Source: Camelus ferus (Eukaryota). From it: DNA of 64,000 nt. The stretch lies in assembly GCF_009834535.1 (NCBI RefSeq), contig NC_045696.1, positions 8,248,001 to 8,312,000 on the forward strand. Reading direction: 5' to 3'. Under the pieces are notes generated by a model. That model did no database searches. It was not told where the DNA came from and was given only the letters and a program-made list of their open reading frames with translations. A program made the position numbers and the translations under genes. This document shows, piece by piece, positions 51,181 through 62,452 of the stretch (the first letter of the stretch is position 1; each line of letters opens with the position of its first letter).

Positions 51181-52755
51181 GGGCCTCTTTGAAGGGAGTA
51201 GGTGTTGGGCCAGGACTCGGGAAATGCTCCCAGCAGATCAAGGCTACAGTGCAAGTACTCGACCCCCTAGACCATTGAAAACATCTTTTCCTTTCAGTAA
51301 TTGGCATCTGAAGAATCAGAAAAGGCTGGAAAATGGAATTACCGAAGTGACTTGTCTGCAAAAGCTGGAAAGTATAAGGAAGCTTTTTTTCCCCTTAGGT
51401 AGGGGAATGAACTCTGGTTCTGTCTGCTGTGTGGGCTCTCCTGGGGCACCTTCAGTTAATAATGAGTTTTGTTGATTTGGGAGAGCAAGTGTTAGGTAAA
51501 TGAGCAATTGAGAGACTGCTAACGTGTAAAGAAAACAAACGAAAAAGTAAGAGATCCTTCTTTTTAAGAAAAAGAAACACAAATGGTAAATTATTATGGA
51601 AAAATCTTATTAAGTAAATAAAGGGTCTTACTGAGTATAGAAAGAGGTGAGCACATCTGGGGCTGTGGGGGTAGGAGCACTCAGGGTGCCCTTTTCCATG
51701 GGGCTCGAGCACGTCTTACAGGCACCTGAAGTAGCATCCACGAGCCATCTTCAGGAGCCAGTGCTCCCAGAGTGCTCACTAATTAGCCTCTCAGCACTCC
51801 TGTGAGGTAAACAAGCATCTGCCCTCCTGTTTCCAACTCTTGCACTTCTGTTTGATGAGCAAATTGTCCCATGTTGGATTCCCATTATGACTACTCCTCG
51901 ACTGCAGCATCCAGCTAGAATTCCCCCCCACAGTGTCTACTGGATTCTGCAGATCCCACCGTTGGCCTGTTTACCTGTCGCTCGGTGCAAATCTGGCCCT
52001 ATTCCCCAAACCACGTCACTTGATATTTAAGAAGCGACCGGAATTCTTAGTTATTTTTACTTGCAATTTCAAGGCTTTTTCCTTTCCCCAGATCTCCTTG
52101 GGGCTATAAATTAATCTTAGTCAAAACATGCTTTTAAGAGAAGGGGACTCAAAGTAGGACAACGACTTGTTCTTTTTGAAATTGCATATAATTTAACGGG
52201 GTAGAACCTTTGAAGGGGGAAATGTGAGCTGCTCAGAGCATCGCAGCGGTATTTAAGGAGGCTCTATGTCTGAAAGCCCCATCTCAAAGAAGGCAGGTAT
52301 TTGGTTTCAAATGATCAAAACAGCCTTGTACTCTTCTCGGAGCTATTTTGACATCTAAATAATAGTTCTGGCATTTCTTTCAGAGTGTAAATCAATAACG
52401 TTGACTTAGTGCATTCTTTCCTCTTATTTTCTTTCCTTACTCTTTTATAACCTGAGATCAAGTATTAATAATTATTTTAAGCCTTAGCTTAGGTTTGGTC
52501 CTTTGCCACTTAGTGATGCAGGAGGCACCTTCCCCCCGTCCTTTTACCAGTTGTCTGGCTCTTCCAGAATATTCTTTCGGGCGCAAAGATTACATCCCTC
52601 TTCAAATGCAGAAAAGTGGGTTTAGGGGTGGCCTTTGACAGCTTTCTTTTTTCCCTCTTTTTCAATTCTCACAGTGTGAGACCACGTACATCTTTCTGCC
52701 TCTTGTATCACACTCTGCTCTCCTTAGTTCTCCCTGGTTTCTCACCAGTGTTTCT

Positions 52756-53574
52756 TTTTCTTTTCTTTTTTTTTTTTTTTTAAATTGACTATAGTCGGTT
52801 ACAGTGTATCAGTTTCTGGTATATAGCATAATGTCCCAGTCATGCATATATATATACATATATTAATTTTCATATTCTTTTTCATTAAAGGTTATTACAA
52901 GATATTGAATATAGTTCCCTGTACTACACAGAAGAAATTTGGTTTTTGTCTGTTTTTATATATAGTAGTTAATATTTGCAAATCTCGAACTCCTAAATTT
53001 ATCCTTTCCCACCTTCTTTCCTCCCAGTAACCGTAAGATTGTTTACTATGTCTGTCAGTCTATTCCTGTTTTGTAGATGAGTTCATTAGTGTCTTCTTTT
53101 TTCTTTTTTAAGATTCCACACATGAGTGATATCATATGGTATTTTTCTTCCTCTTTCTGGCTGACTTCACTTAGAATGACGATCTCCAGTTCCATCTATG
53201 TTGCTGCAAATGGCATTATCTTATTCTTTTTTATGGCTGAGTAGTATTCATTGTATAAATATACCACATCTTCTTTATCCAGTCATCTGCCAATAGACAT
53301 TTAGGTTGCTTCCATGTTTTGGCTATTGTATATAGTGCTGCTGTGAACATTGGGGTGCATATATCTTTTCAAATTAGAGTTCTCTCTGGATATATGCACA
53401 GGAGTGGGATTGCGGGATCATAGGGTAAGTCTATTTTTAGTTTTTTGAGGAATCTCCATACTGTTTTCCATAATGGTTGCACCAAACTACATTCCCACCA
53501 ACAGTGTAGGAGGGTTCCCTTTTCTCCACACCCTCTCCAGCATTTATCATTTGTGGACTTTTTAATGATGGCCA
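52756..53574 (-). mobile_element. Young 5'-truncated L1 with poly(A) tail and 17-bp TSD
   Basis: TSD ttctc(a/g)ccagtgtttct at 52739-52755 and 53575-53591; ORF2 C-terminus [19 protein letters not shown]. Confidence 0.93.
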
Positions 53575-56500
53575 TTCTCGCCAGTGTTTCTGAACACTCT
53601 TCTGCTAACTGCCTCTGAATCCCTGGTGCTGTTGAATCTTTGGGGCTTCACTGAAGACCCTAAGAATCTGCATCTCTGGATGAGGACCCAGAAGGCTCAG
53701 TGTATCAGGCGCCCAGAGGTGTTTTCAGCATTAACATCTGAGGTGCACGACCTCACACCTTCCTGGTCTCCCAACTCTCTTGTCTCCTGGTTACACTCTA
53801 AGTAGTTATTGAATTCTTGCTCACTAACCTCTAAGATGGCCATTATTGTATTTTCAAAAACGTTTGCACCAGTTCCAAAATTCCTCATAATTCGGCTTGG
53901 AAACTCTACAGAAGTATTTTGTTTTTGACCTTCATGCCTCCATTTAATGGCCTAGTCATCACTGCCCAGATGATGTCCATGTCCCAGCAGGGAAGTCCTC
54001 CCTCCTGCCTGGTGTCCCCTGAAGAGCCCACCCAGGCTCTACAGGGAGGTGGTGTGGTGTAGTAGGGCACTGAGAGTGTGCAGGCTGGGGCATGAGGGAC
54101 CAGAGAGATATGAAAGTTGATAGGAGAGGTTTTGCATCCCCAGACCTAGGTCTCATTTCCAATTCTGCCACAAAACTAGCTGAATGACCTCGGTTTATCT
54201 GACCTTGTGAAACCCAGATTTCTCAGGTCTCACAGGGCAGGGGTGATGCTGTGTAGCGCAGGGCTGTTAGGAGGATGAAGTGAAGCAACGTGTGTGGCGC
54301 CAGGGGGTGAGTCCACGCGGCAGCTTTGACTGCTGGTCGGTTTTTTCCCTTTGTCTTCATTCCCGCCCTCCTGTCCTTGGTGGTCTCAGCTCCTTATCAT
54401 GTCCCTTTTCATCCCCTTGGATGTGACGGTTACCCTCTTGAATTCTTACCTTTCATCTTCTTTTCCAGCTTCTCCTCTAAAGTGATTTCAGCTTATTTAC
54501 ACCTTTTATTCTTGGTCTTTTGGGGGGTAACAGCCCAGAAACTTCTTGAGCTAAAAGTCTGTAACAGACACCTGCTGCGTGGTCTGTGTAGTGCCCCTCC
54601 CCACAACGCCGGCGCTGCTTTTCCCGTTTGAGGTCCTGCCATTCCTCCCCCATCACGTGTGGTCGCGGGGGGCTGTCTGGCCTGATGGGCATCTGATTCA
54701 GGTGGGTGCCACTCATGGTACCTCATCCTTCCCACCATGGTGATTCATCCCAGGCACTGTCGTGGGGCACAGCAGGGCCATTAGTGTCGTTTTCTGTAGT
54801 TTTGTACATTGATGTACATTGTTGGACTTGTGGAGGGCGCTTGTTTTTGGAACTCCAAGTCTCCTGGAACTGTAAGCTTCCTTCAGGCTGCTGATACTTG
54901 CTTGAGGATGGAGGGTGGAGAGGGAGTCAGGGAAGAAGACAGTGTCTGTTGCCTCCCGGTCTTGTCATATCCTGAGGCTCACTCCCCTCTTGCTGATCAG
55001 GAGCACTTTTCCAATCTATCTTCTGGAGGGGGTCCTTCTGTGGAGATCTTGGGTGCTGGCCCTTCTAGGACTTACAGCTTCCTTAAGTGTTTGTACTCCA
55101 TGCCCCTTTTCCTTTCCCAAGTTATGTATGTAGTGTCAACATGGTTGAGTTTGGGGCAGCATCTAGGCAGAGGCATTTGTCGTACCTGGAATCACCATTC
55201 CCCTCTACCCTTAGGTCCTGTTGGTGAAACTGGCCCATGAGATCCAACCCTTTATCCATCATGGTTGCTCTTTCCCAGGGAACCCCACAATCTCCCCTCT
55301 TTCTGCCTTCTGTTGATTCTCCTTACTTGCCCCTGATTCTCCTTACTTGCCCCTGAAACTTGCCCATAGTTTCAACAAATATTAAAGGAATTTCTGGGAC
55401 GCTTCCAGCCCCTGTGACACTTAGCAGATGACATGTGTGGGTGGGCCAGCCACCTCCACAAGCTTTATCCACAGCCTCTTCCAGACTTCTGCTCCACACA
55501 TCCTTAGAACCATGCCAAAGTGTGTACACACATCATTCAAGTATGGGAATAATTAATAATACAGGAATCATTAGTGGATACAAGCTCAATAATTTCACTT
55601 CTGTTTAATTGCTTCAATGCGTGTGGTAGACATAGGAGGAGGGAGGAGTCACGGTGCATATGTAACTTGTCTGCCTCTGCCATTGGTCAGCTGTGAACGT
55701 CACACAAGTCAGGAAGATCCTTCTTGCCACTGTTTTCTTGTCGGTAAAATGAAGGATTTGGTTTTTACATAAACCTCTTGACTAAATTGTGCATGACTCG
55801 ATGTTGAAGGTTTTAAGTGGAATTTAAGGCTCATGGCAGTGGATTTTGGGCCATATGCCCAGGGCCCATAGTGCTGAGGGCTGGGGTCTAGGGTCTGGAG
55901 GGGCTGACGCAGAGGATAAGAGAAGGTCAAGTGGACAAATTTCTAATTCTCCATCCTCCTACCACAAGACGACCAGCTCTGAATTGATCGGTTTTATACA
56001 TTGAAGACCTACATAAAATTTCATTTGTCAAAATTGTACTGTTGCTAAAAAAAAATGCTGCAAACTTCCAGCATTTGAAACTTAGTCAAACCAGTAAAAC
56101 CACCCTCATCTTGGTCTAGCTTGGTATAGCCAAAGTTACCTTTCAGTGCTCCCCAAATGAACGCTCCAGATCCATCAACCTGATAATCTCACAGCCCCTT
56201 GGTTACCTTCTGCCCATCATGGCTTACATAGTTCTGCCTGCAATGATCTAGCCTTGGAAAATGGGACATTGCTGACTGCAAGAAAACGGCAGTTCCTGAA
56301 GTTACTAAAATTGGCCTCACCTAGCAAGACAGTGTAGAGTTGGGCTAATGATATGAATGAGGTCACACTGCCAGTAGGAGGGGCCTGGGAGTGAAGTAGC
56401 TCATAGCTCAAGCCTCTGATGTTTCTGATGGAACACATTTGGGGAGCGGAGCAGTGAGGAGTGGGCTTCACTTCTGATGAGAGGGGTTGGGGAAAGGCAT

Positions 56501-57749
56501 CATTCTGTCCTGAGCTGTGTCCTTGGGGCTGCCGTGGGGTATATCTGGCTGATTCATAAGATTTGTCTGGATCAAATCATTTCTTTGCATAGTCACCTGG
56601 AGATGGGGGCTGAGCAGCGGCAAAGCCATTAGGGATCACCTACATCCTCACCACTCACTCTGCATATGATTTCCACCTGGAACACGTGGGCTGGAGCCCC
56701 GTCTTGTGCTCTCTGGGTGTCTGGGAGCCAGGGCAGTGGGTGCAGAACAGGCCTTATTCCACATGTCCAGCCACACCACCACCCTGCAAGTGTATGGATT
56801 TATCAGGTGTTAATGGGAGGACTGGAGTTTAGTTAAGATAAATCACAGTGTAAAAGGAGAAGGATGATAAAGCGTTTAATGTAAAATATGGCTTTCTTTT
56901 AGTTAAAGGGCAAGGTTACCATGGAGTTCAACATCTGTGTGGACACACCCCAGTTCCCAGAGTAGCTCCTCTGACCTAAAATTTCCTTTCTCATCTCATC
57001 CTTGTCTGCTTTTGGCATCGAGGTTATATTAGCATAAGAAATGAGTTGTGCCGTTTCCTCTTTTCCTAGTATCTGAAAAATTTTATGAGAGATTAGGATT
57101 CCCCTTCCTTAAATATTTGATGGAACTTACCTGCAAAACCATTACTATGTAGGAAATGATTATCATTGTTAATTTTACTTTTGCGTATACTTGAAACTTT
57201 CCATCATAAGTGGGGAGAAGAGTATCATAAACCCCATGTACGGATCATCCAGCTGAGGAAGGAATTTAAATTGGTGATTAAATTTTGTAACTGTTTGTAG
57301 GACCATTCAGGTTTTCTGTTTCTTCTATACTTGCTTTTGACAATTATTATTTTTCTAGATATTTATCTATTTCAATTAAATTCTCAAACTGTTGGCCAAA
57401 TTGTTCATAATTCTCTATCTTTTTAATTGGTACATTTATATTTCTGTTTTTCATTCCTAATCCTTTTTATTTATGCCTTCTCTCTTTTCTTCAAGCAGAC
57501 TTCCAGCGGTTTATCAGCATTTACTAGCTAGTTACTAGCTATGTCTTGCTATTCCTTTGTTTCAGTGTATGGGCTGCACCCGAGAGCTGGAACTGATTTT
57601 GGGAGGGACCTTGGACCATGTGCCCATCTAAGATGTTCACTGGGCAAACCACAGGAGGGGTTTTTAAGACTAAGCTAAAGAAGGTCATTTTCAGGAATTA
57701 CAGTACATATTAACAGCCATGCCATTGAAAGAAAGGCAACAGTAATAAT

Positions 57750-57950
57750 AATGCTAATGCTAATACAGATATAATTATTGTGTGAGGACTGGGTTAGGTG
57801 CTTTGCAAACATTGACTCATTTAATGTTTACAATAAGCCTGTGAGATTTCCATTATTAACCTCATTTTCAGATGAGGAAACAGGCTCTGTGTGATTAATT
57901 TGCTCAAAATCATAGAGCTTACTGATGATATTTGATTTCTAAGCCTACGT
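57750..57950. mobile_element. MIR SINE; further MIR/L2 remnants at ~8550, 10750, 16130, 20350, 25840, 54140, 55700
   Basis: MIR core ctcattttcagatgaggaaacaggctc. Confidence 0.7.
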
Positions 57951-58980
57951 TTTCCCGGTTACCCCAGTGACTGCGAACAGAGGGAAAATTGGGTGGATTG
58001 CTGGAAATCTTGAAAGCTCGGGCCATGAGACATGAAAAGTCAACAGGGTAAAGCAAAAGTTCAGCTTGTTCCTCACTTCCTTGGCCACTCTGGGCCAGAT
58101 GAGTAAAGTGGACCCAGTTCTGTTTTAAATGACTTGATCTTTATTTTATTCTGGGAAATCCAAGGAGAGAAAACTTACCTGATAAAAGAATCCAAATGGA
58201 AACAAATTCTTTTTTTCAATACAAGGGAAAATAGCCCTTTAGAAACGAATTTTCAGGATGAAAAATTTGGGCAAATGGTATTAAAAAATTAACTTTCATT
58301 GTTTTAGTTATTCACAGCCAAAGTATAAAGATGATAATATGGCTTTATTATTATTTTGATTCACTTCCTTTCAGAGAGTATCAGTATTTAGCATTCTTGA
58401 GAAAATAGGTAGGGAAATAATTGGTAACAGAATCAGTTTAACAGAATGTCTCTAAAATAAAGACTATTATTAATAAAATAAACACTAACTTAGACTGTAA
58501 AAAATGACTCTACTTCCTCCAATGTAGCTTATTTTTATGGTAAAGAAAGCATACGTATTCAGGAATTTAAGCATAAAAATTATCTTAGATTTTTAAGAAT
58601 ATTGGAAAAAATATATCTGCTAAAACTTTAATCTCTATAAAATATTTACTCTCTCTGAACAAGTCTAGTAATGGACGTCAGTCAGATTCTGAAGATGCAT
58701 GTCTGTTTCATCTGGAAACAGCTGAATGAATATCCTTCTTATCAAGGACGTATTTAGTTTGTTAAAAAGTAAAATAATATTAGCTGTATTCCAAAATTTT
58801 ATGGACACCCTGTATTATAATATTTGGGAGTATTGGAATATATCTATTAGATGGTCTTTTAGTTTCTTAAATTTATGTTTTCTTTCCTTGATATCACTGC
58901 CCAGAGAGTGATGACTTCCTCTGAGAGCTGTCTGCTTCCTTCTCTCTGGTACCTCTGTAACTGCTGCTGAAATATGTGTA

Positions 58981-59481
58981 TTTTTAAATTGAAGTATATT
59001 TGATTTACAGTGTTGTGTTAGTTTCTGGTGTACAGCATAGTGATTCAGTTAGACATATACTTTTTAATATTCTTTTTCATATAGATTATTACAAGTTATT
59101 GAATATAGTTCCCTGTGCTATACAGTAGGTCCTTGTTGTTTATCTATTTTATATACAGTAGTTTGTATCTGTTAATCCTAAACTCTTAATTTATCTCTCC
59201 CCCTCTTTCCCTTTTGGTAACCATAAGTTTGTTTTCCATGTCTGTGAGTCTGTTTCTGTTCTGTCATTAAGTTCATTTGTATCATTTTTTTAGATTCCAC
59301 ATATAAGTAATATCATATGATATTTGTCTTTCTGTGAATTACTTCACTTAGTATTCAATATCTTGTAATAATCTATAATGAAAAAGAATATGAAAAAGAA
59401 TATATATGTATAACTGAATCACTGTGCTGTACACCAGAAATTAACACAATATTATAAATCGACTACATTTCAGTGAAAAAA
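58981..59481. mobile_element. Two L1 3' ends joined head-to-head (minus 58981-59352, plus 59353-59481)
   Basis: The same terminal 3' UTR sequence is present in both orientations. Confidence 0.85.
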
Positions 59482-59732
59482 GCTATGACAATTACAAAAG
59501 CAATTACCCATGGCAGCTGTACTGTTACTGCCTTTTTGTGAAACAGCATTGGTTTGTGTAGTCCTAGAGTCTCATGTCAAGTCATCTGTGTGTTCATTGT
59601 GTTTGAGGACACATCTAGGAGGCTCTAAGATAGGTACACAGTAGATAGTTAAATTTCTGATTAAAAAATAAAACAGACCCTTTTATTTCTTTTTTAAACT
59701 CCCTTTCCTTCTCCCTTTCTTAATATTTAGTC

Positions 59733-59945
59733 CTGTGCTGTCCAATAGAACCTCCTGGGAAGGTGGAAATATTTCATGTCTTGCTGCTCAGTATGGCAGC
59801 CACTGACTACCTATGGCCATTGAGCACCTGCAGTGTGCGGTTAGGGTGACTGAGGAGCTGGATTTTAAATTTTATTCCACTTTAACTAAAAAAATGAAAT
59901 CAAATAGCCACATGTGGCTAGCGATACTCAATTGGCCAGCACACA
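59733..59945. mobile_element. MER3-like DNA transposon
   Basis: ctgtgctgtccaatagaacc...ggcagccactgactacctatggccattgagcac...agccacatgtggctag. Confidence 0.75.
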
Positions 59946-62084
59946 CTTAGTCTGTTGCTCTATTACAGAGCGTTTGTTTCTGATGGTAAGACAGCGTTTG
60001 TGAGGTCTGGCTGTGTTTTATAGTGGTTTGAATTACCTATCTGATTTTCATTAATTCTCACATTTCCCACATCAAAAAGATCAGTGGCTGAAAGAGGCTG
60101 GCTGTATCACCTTTTAATCAGATTTGATTTTGTCGTTTGGAGGGGCTCCTCAACCCTGGTTCTGGCTTATTCTAGCGGAGGGTTCTGTGGTTGAGTGTGG
60201 GTGCACTGTGGCTTTCCACTATACTGCTGGCGTTCACAAAACACGCTGGGTTGCTGAGAGCAGTCAAATGTGACTTGGGAGGAAGGGTATTTGCTTATCT
60301 TTCAACTTGTTTGAAGAGCAAGCCACAGCCATGTTGGGATAAAGCAGACAGATGAGACAGAATCAGCAAACTCTGGGGAGACTTCATCTCAGCTCACCAC
60401 AAAGCCTCGGGGTTGATACGCCTGCTTTTCTTTGTGGACCTTAATGACAGGCTATCCTGGGTCTCAGTTGCCTTGAAGGGGTCGCTTGAAGTGGGGAGTA
60501 GTATTTTTACTGCATGTAATTATTTCTGCAGTTGCTCCAGCGTTTTAAATAAACTAAGCACCACCCTTTCCACAAGAGATGAGTTGACAGCTCTGTATTT
60601 CTTGTGGGTTACCCGTCCTCCTGGTTCCTGGTAGGATGGTTTCCAGTCTTCCTGTCTCAAGTTCAAGCCCGCTGATCCAGGGCTGGGAGTCTTTTGAGGT
60701 ACAATTGAATGCACTGGTTCAAATGACAAAAACTGCAGGCCTGTCATAGAAAAAGGCCCATGTAATGCTGATGGCCCAGAACATGGCTTTTCTGTTGTTT
60801 CTGATCAGATTTCTTCACGAAAACTTGATCAGTCTCTTGATCTCCTTCCTTAGTACCTTACTGAGAAGCAGACCTGGTTTCTGATGTCTAGGTCTTTTTT
60901 GTCTTGTGCATCTTGACCAAGTCTGTGGCCGTCCCTGTCCACAGGCTTGGCAAAGCCAGCTAATGCACAGGTGTTGTTGGCAGAAAGACTTTTCTCCCCG
61001 GATCTTCCTGAAAAGGGTGGGGAAGCATCCTTCTCCCCATGCTGACTGACGTTCACCTGCCCGGGGTTGTCCATTGTGCAGTGAGTGGTGAGCCCGCCTC
61101 CCTAGGGGGCTGGATGAAGTCCAGGTGGGAGTCTGCGGCCCCTTCCACGATTGTATCCATCCCATTGTCAAAGGGATCCAGGAGGACCGACTGCCCTTCC
61201 TGAGAATCAGCATCTGTGTGATCCTCATTGCACTCGTCCTCGCACCTCCCACTGCCGCTGCTTAGGGGAGTGCCGGGTAGGATCCGTGAGCTGGGCAGGT
61301 GCGCACCGAGTCCTCTGCCTGTGAGTTTCACCATGGTTCATGCCTTTATGGGGAGTTGGGGGCAGAGAACCAGCAGGATGACTTCCAGTTTCCCCTGAGG
61401 CTCCCTGTCCTGAGCAGCACTCGGCCCTAGCTGATTCAAGGTGAAGGCAGGTGCTCACGGGGCACCCAGTGTCTCCCTTCATCCGTCCATTGACTTCCAG
61501 CATTGCCCCACTGACTCGTCCAACAGTCACCGACTGAGCAGAGCGGCACACCCGCAGTGTTCGCCGGGGAACACAGCCTGTTCCTTCCAACCCAGAGGAG
61601 CTTCTAGACACATTTTCTTCCTTAGCAGTTCCCTCCATATTCTGTCTGTATCATCTGTGCCTCAAGGGCAGCTAAAAATATTATGAGGACATTTAAAATA
61701 TGTTTTTCTCTATCGATTCCGCCGTTTAGATGCAAAGTGAATATCATATAATAAAAATAGAACCACAGAGGCCAGAGAGAGAGAGTACCCGATGACCTCA
61801 ATGGTGCAGGATCACTTTCTGGGTTACATTTTCTCTACTTCCGATGTCCAAGGGGAGGGCAGGGCTTTGTGTCCAGGAGACCTGGAGCTGACTGTCCACC
61901 TGACAGAGGCAGGAGGCATTTTTTCCCCCTAAAAGTATTTGGTTTAGAGACGACTGACAACAGGGATGGAAATGCTGGGGCCCCGTGAGTGATGCCCTGA
62001 GACTGGGGAGGGCTGCAGCTCTTGTGGGTGTGTGGGAGGCCACGCCACTGAGTCCCCAGAGATAGGGGGCCCCTGGTGGATCTG

Positions 62085-62262
62085 GGGGTGTGTGTGTTGG
62101 GTTATGTGATAGGGTTGGGTTGTGTGTGAGAGTTGAAGTATGAGAGCGTTGGGTTGTGTGACAGGATTAAGGTGTGTGAGGGTGGGTTGTGTATGACTGT
62201 TGGGGTGTGTTTGAGAGGTGGGCTGTGTGTGAGAGGTGGGCTGTGTGTGAGAGGTGGGCTGG
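62085..62262. repeat. GT-rich degenerate minisatellite (18-mer gagaggtgggctgtgtgt, ~3 near-perfect copies plus diverged units)
   Basis: Tandem copies visible; explains the QPTSHT repeat in ORF 61944..62387. Confidence 0.8.
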
Positions 62263-62264
62263 GA

Positions 62265-62452
62265 GATGGGGCACCATCGTTGAGTGGGAACAGAGCTTCC
62301 GGCTGAGATGATGACAGGGCTCAGGAGAGGGTTGGCGAGGGTGGCTGTACAACCAGCTGAATGGACTGGATCCACTGAGCTGTACACTGAAACGTGGCAG
62401 AAATGGTAAATTTTACGTTATGTGTGTGTTACCACAATTAAAAAAATAAATG
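62265..62452 (+). mobile_element. Old L1 (L1MB-like) 3' end
   Basis: ccactgagctgtacactgaaacgtggcagaaatggtaaattttacgttatgtg...accacaattaaaaaa. Confidence 0.7.

Larger units (their letters stand above)
38822..61671 (-). pseudogene. Candidate decayed multi-exon gene (unitary pseudogene or derived lncRNA), identity unknown
   Basis: Several non-repeat segments with AG/GT boundaries, phase-1 junctions and stop-poor or frameshifted frames (see findings). Confidence 0.35.

Noticed and set aside
55313..55372. Short tandem duplication (also 4741-4766, ~46625-46660, ~27195-27233)
   Set aside because: Two-copy slippage duplications without spacers; not CRISPR-like and common in mammalian DNA.
58785..58815. 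Tc1/mariner-like TIR (minus strand TACAGGGTGTCC)
   Set aside because: No partner TIR found; kept only as an alternative explanation for the 58.2-59.0 kb block.
61944..62387. 147-aa ORF with QPTSHT repeats
   Set aside because: Produced by a GT-rich minisatellite plus an L1 3' UTR.
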